Source: the human T2T-CHM13v2.0 reference genome, Homo sapiens
Assembly (NCBI RefSeq): GCF_009914755.1
Contig: NC_060927.1
Length of the DNA: 64,000 nucleotides
Strand: one strand, 5' to 3'
In this document: in pieces, positions 60,057 to 64,000 of the stretch
How the letters are laid out: every line of letters begins with the position of its first letter
Numbering within the stretch: the stretch's first letter is position 1
The notes under the pieces: generated by a model
The model's input: the letters and a program-made list of their open reading frames with translations, nothing else
What the model was told of the DNA's origin: nothing
The model's database searches: none
Made by a program: the position numbers and the translations under genes

Positions 60057-63000
60057 AAATCATCTGAAAGTGAAAACTCACTGGTAAGAGTAAGTACACA
60101 GAAAAACATAGAATATTATAACACTGTAATTGGGTTGTATAAATTAATCATATCTTCAGTAGAACGATTAAAAAATCAACTAATCAAAAATAATAAATAC
60201 AACCTTTCAAGACATAGTACAATAAAAAATATTAATAGAAACAACAATAAGTTAAAATGCCAGGGAATTGCCTTAAAGTGTAAAGTTTTTACTGGTTTTC
60301 TTTTTGCTTGTTTGTTTACGCAATCACTCTTAAGTCGTCATCAGTTTAAAATAATGGGTTATAAGATATTATTTGCAAGCCTCTTGGTAACCTCAAATAA
60401 AAAATACAACAGATACACAAAAAAATAAAAAGCAAGAAAGTAAAGCATATCACCAGAGAAAATCATCTTCACTAAAAAAAAGAGAGTGAGAGAAAAGAAT
60501 AAAAAGAAGACCACAAAACAACCAGAACACAAATAACTAAATGGCAAGATTAAGTTCTCAATTACCACTGATAAGATTGCATATAAATGGACTAAGCTCT
60601 CCAATCAAAAGACATGGAATAGCTGAATGAATATAACAACAAAACTGAATAATCTTTTGCCTACAAGAAACACACTTCCTCTGTAAAGACACACATAGAC
60701 TGAAAAATCAACGTATGGAGAAAGATATTACATACAAACAGAAACCAAAAAGAAAAGGAGTAGCTATACTTGTATCAAAAAAAAATAGATTTCAAAACAA
60801 AAACTGTAAAAGAGAGACAGAGACAGAGGTGGTCATTATATAATGATGAAGGGGTCAATACAGCAAGAGGATATAACAAGTTTAATATGTTCACAACACT
60901 GGAGCACCTGGATATACAAAACAAATATTAGAGCTAAACAGAGAAATAGACCCCAATACAATAATACCTGGAGACTTCAACACCCCACTTTCAGCATTAC
61001 ACAGATAATCCAGACAGGAAATCCACAAAAAAATGGACTTAATCTGCATTATACACCAAATGGATCTAATAGATATTTACGGAACACTTTATCCAAAGGT
61101 TACATACAGAATACAGATTCTACTACCACATAAATTATTTTCAAGGATAGATCATAAGGTAGGTCACAAAACAAGCCTTTAAAAGTTCAAAAAAACTGAA
61201 ATTATATCAAGTATCTTCTCTAACCATGATGGAATAAAACTATAAATCAATAACAAGAGGAATTTTGGAAACTACACAAACACATGGAAATTAAATGATA
61301 TGTTCCTTAATTACTAGTAGGTCAATGAAGAAATAAAGAAATTTTAAAATGTCTTGAAACAAATTAAAATAGAAAGAAAACATACAAAAACATATTAGAT
61401 ACAGCAAAGGCAGTACTAACAGGAAAGTTTATAGCTATAAGTGCCTACATCATAAAAGTAAAAACAACGTAATGATGCAACTTGAAGAACTAGAAAAGCA
61501 AGCACAAACTAAACCCACAATTAGTAGAAGAAAATAAATAATAATGATTAGAGAGGAAATAAATGAAACTGGATTTAAAAAACTACAAAAGATCAATGAA
61601 TGAAAAATTGTTTATTAAAAGGTAAACAAAATCAATAAACCTTTATCCAGACTAACTAAAGGAAAGACCCAAATCAATGAAATCAGAAATGAAAAAGTAA
61701 CATTACAGCCGATACTGCAGAAATTCCAAGAATTATTAGAGGCTACTATGAGGAACAATGTGCCAATAAATTGAAAAACACAGAAGAATTGGATAAATTT
61801 CTAGACACATTCAACCTACCAAGATTGAGCCATGAAAAAATCCAAAACCGGAACAGACCAATAATAAGTAATGAGTTCGAAGTTGTAATAAAAAGAAGAG
61901 CCCAGGACACAATAGCTTCACTGCTGAATTTTACCAAACATTTAAATAAGAATGAATACCAATTCTGCTCAAACAATTCTGTAAAATAGAGAAGGAAGGA
62001 ACACTTTCACACTTACTCTAGGAGGCCAGTTTTGCCATAACACCAAAATCAGACGAAGACACATCAAAAAAAGAAAACTACAGGCCAGTTTCTCTGATGA
62101 ACATCGATGCAAAAATCCTCAAAAAAATACTAACAAACTAAACTTAACAACACATTAAAAAGATCATTTTTCAAGACTAAGTGGGATGTATTGCAGAAAT
62201 GCAACAATGGTTCAACGTACACAAATTCATCAATGTGATACATCACATAAACAGAATGAAGGACAAAAACCATATGATCACTTCAACTGATGCTGAAAAA
62301 GCATTGGATAAAATTCAACATCCCATTATGATAAAAACCCTCAAAAAGTTAGGTATAGAGGGAGCATATCTCAACACAATAAAAGCCATCTACGACAGAC
62401 TCACAGCTGGTATCTATACTGAATGAGGAAAACCTTTCCTCTAAGATCTGGAACATAACAAAAATGCCCACTTTCACCACTCTTAATAAACATAGTACTA
62501 GAAGTCCTAGCTAGAGCAATTAGAAAAGAGAAAGAAATAAAGGGCATTCAAATTGCAAAGGAAGAAGTCAAATTGCCCTTGTTTTCATATAATATCATCT
62601 TAAATTTGGAAAAGTCTAAAGACCACCAAAAAACTGTTAGAACTGATAAACACATTTAGAATACAAAGTCAACATACAAAAATCAATAGCATTTCTGTAT
62701 GCCAACAATGAACAATCTGAAAAAGAAATCAAGAAAGTAATGCTATTTACAATAGCTATGAATAAAATACCTAGGAATTAACTTAACCAAAGAAGTGAAA
62801 GGTTTCCACAATGAAAACTATAAAATACTGGTGAAAGAAATGGAAAAGAACACAAAAAAATAGAAAGATATTTTATGTTCATGGATTAAAAGAATCAATA
62901 TTGTTACTATGTTCATACTATGTAAAGCAATCTACAGATTAAATATAATTCTTATCAAAATACCAAGACATTTTTCACAGAAATAGAAAAATGATCCTAA

Positions 63001-64000
63001 AATTGTTAAAAGAACAAAACTGGAGGAATCACATTACTTGATTTCAAGTTATACTACAGAGCTGTAGTAACAAAAACAGCATGGTAATGGCATAGAAACA
63101 GACACATAGACCAATGGAATGGAAAAGAGGACTCAGAAACAAATCTGTACATCTAGAATGAACTCATTTTTTGACAAAGGCATCAAGAACATACATGGGG
63201 AAAAGGGCAGTCTCTTCAATAAATGGTGCTGGGCAAACTGAATATCCATATACAGAAGAATGAAATTAGACTCCTATCTCTTGTTGACTATGAAAATCAA
63301 ATCAAAATGAAATAAAGACTTAAATCTAAGACCTCAAAACATGAAACTACTACAATTAGAGATTTTGAAAACTCTCTAGGACATTGTACTGGCAAAGATT
63401 TCTTGAGTAACACCCCACAAGCACCAGCAATGAAAGGAAAAATTGACAAATGGGATCACATCAATTTAAAAAGCTTCGCACAGAAGAGGAAACAATCAAT
63501 AAAGTAAAAAGCCAACCTAAAATTAAAAATGGGCAAAAGATCCGAATAGACATTTTTCAAAAGAAGACATACATATGGCAAAAAGTTATGTAAAAAGATG
63601 TTCAAAATCACTGATTATCAGAGAAATACAAATCAAAACTACAATGAAATACCATCTCACCCCAATTAAAATGGTTTTTATCCAAAAGACAGGCAATAAC
63701 AAAAGCTGGTGGGGATGTGGAGAAAAGGGAACCTTCATATGTTGTTGGTGAGGATGTAAATTAGTACAACCACTATGGAGAACAGTTTGGAGGTTCCTCA
63801 AAACACTAAAAATATGATCCAGCAATCCCACTGCTGGGTATATACCTAAAAGAAAGGAAATCAGTATATTCAAGAGATAGCTGCACTTCTATGTTAATTG
63901 AAGCACTATTCACAATAGACAAGATTTGAAAGCTATCTAAGTGTCCATCAACAGATGAATAGATAAAGAAAATGTGGCACATATACATAATGGAGTACTA

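Overview
AT-rich, repeat-dense primate genomic DNA. It is very probably human, because it contains an L1HS Ta-1 insertion. I found no host protein-coding gene, RNA gene, CRISPR array or prokaryotic system; nearly all listed ORFs fall in repeats or are random. The main structures are: (1) a near-complete HERV-K(HML-3)/HERVK9 provirus with MER9 LTRs on the minus strand (~18702-25691), which appears to have lost most of Gag matrix and the middle of env but retains env splice sites, a 222-codon env ORF and a vestigial Rec-like exon layout; (2) a young 5'-truncated L1HS Ta-1 with an 18-bp TSD, a 9-nt twin-priming inversion and a compound tail; (3) a nested L1-in-L1 block from ~49.5 kb to the window end with Alus inside both L1s; (4) many older Alu, MIR, L2, MaLR/ERV LTR and DNA-transposon fragments. 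Repeat subfamily names and comparisons come from recalled consensus sequences, not a database search. Boundaries of old repeats are approximate.
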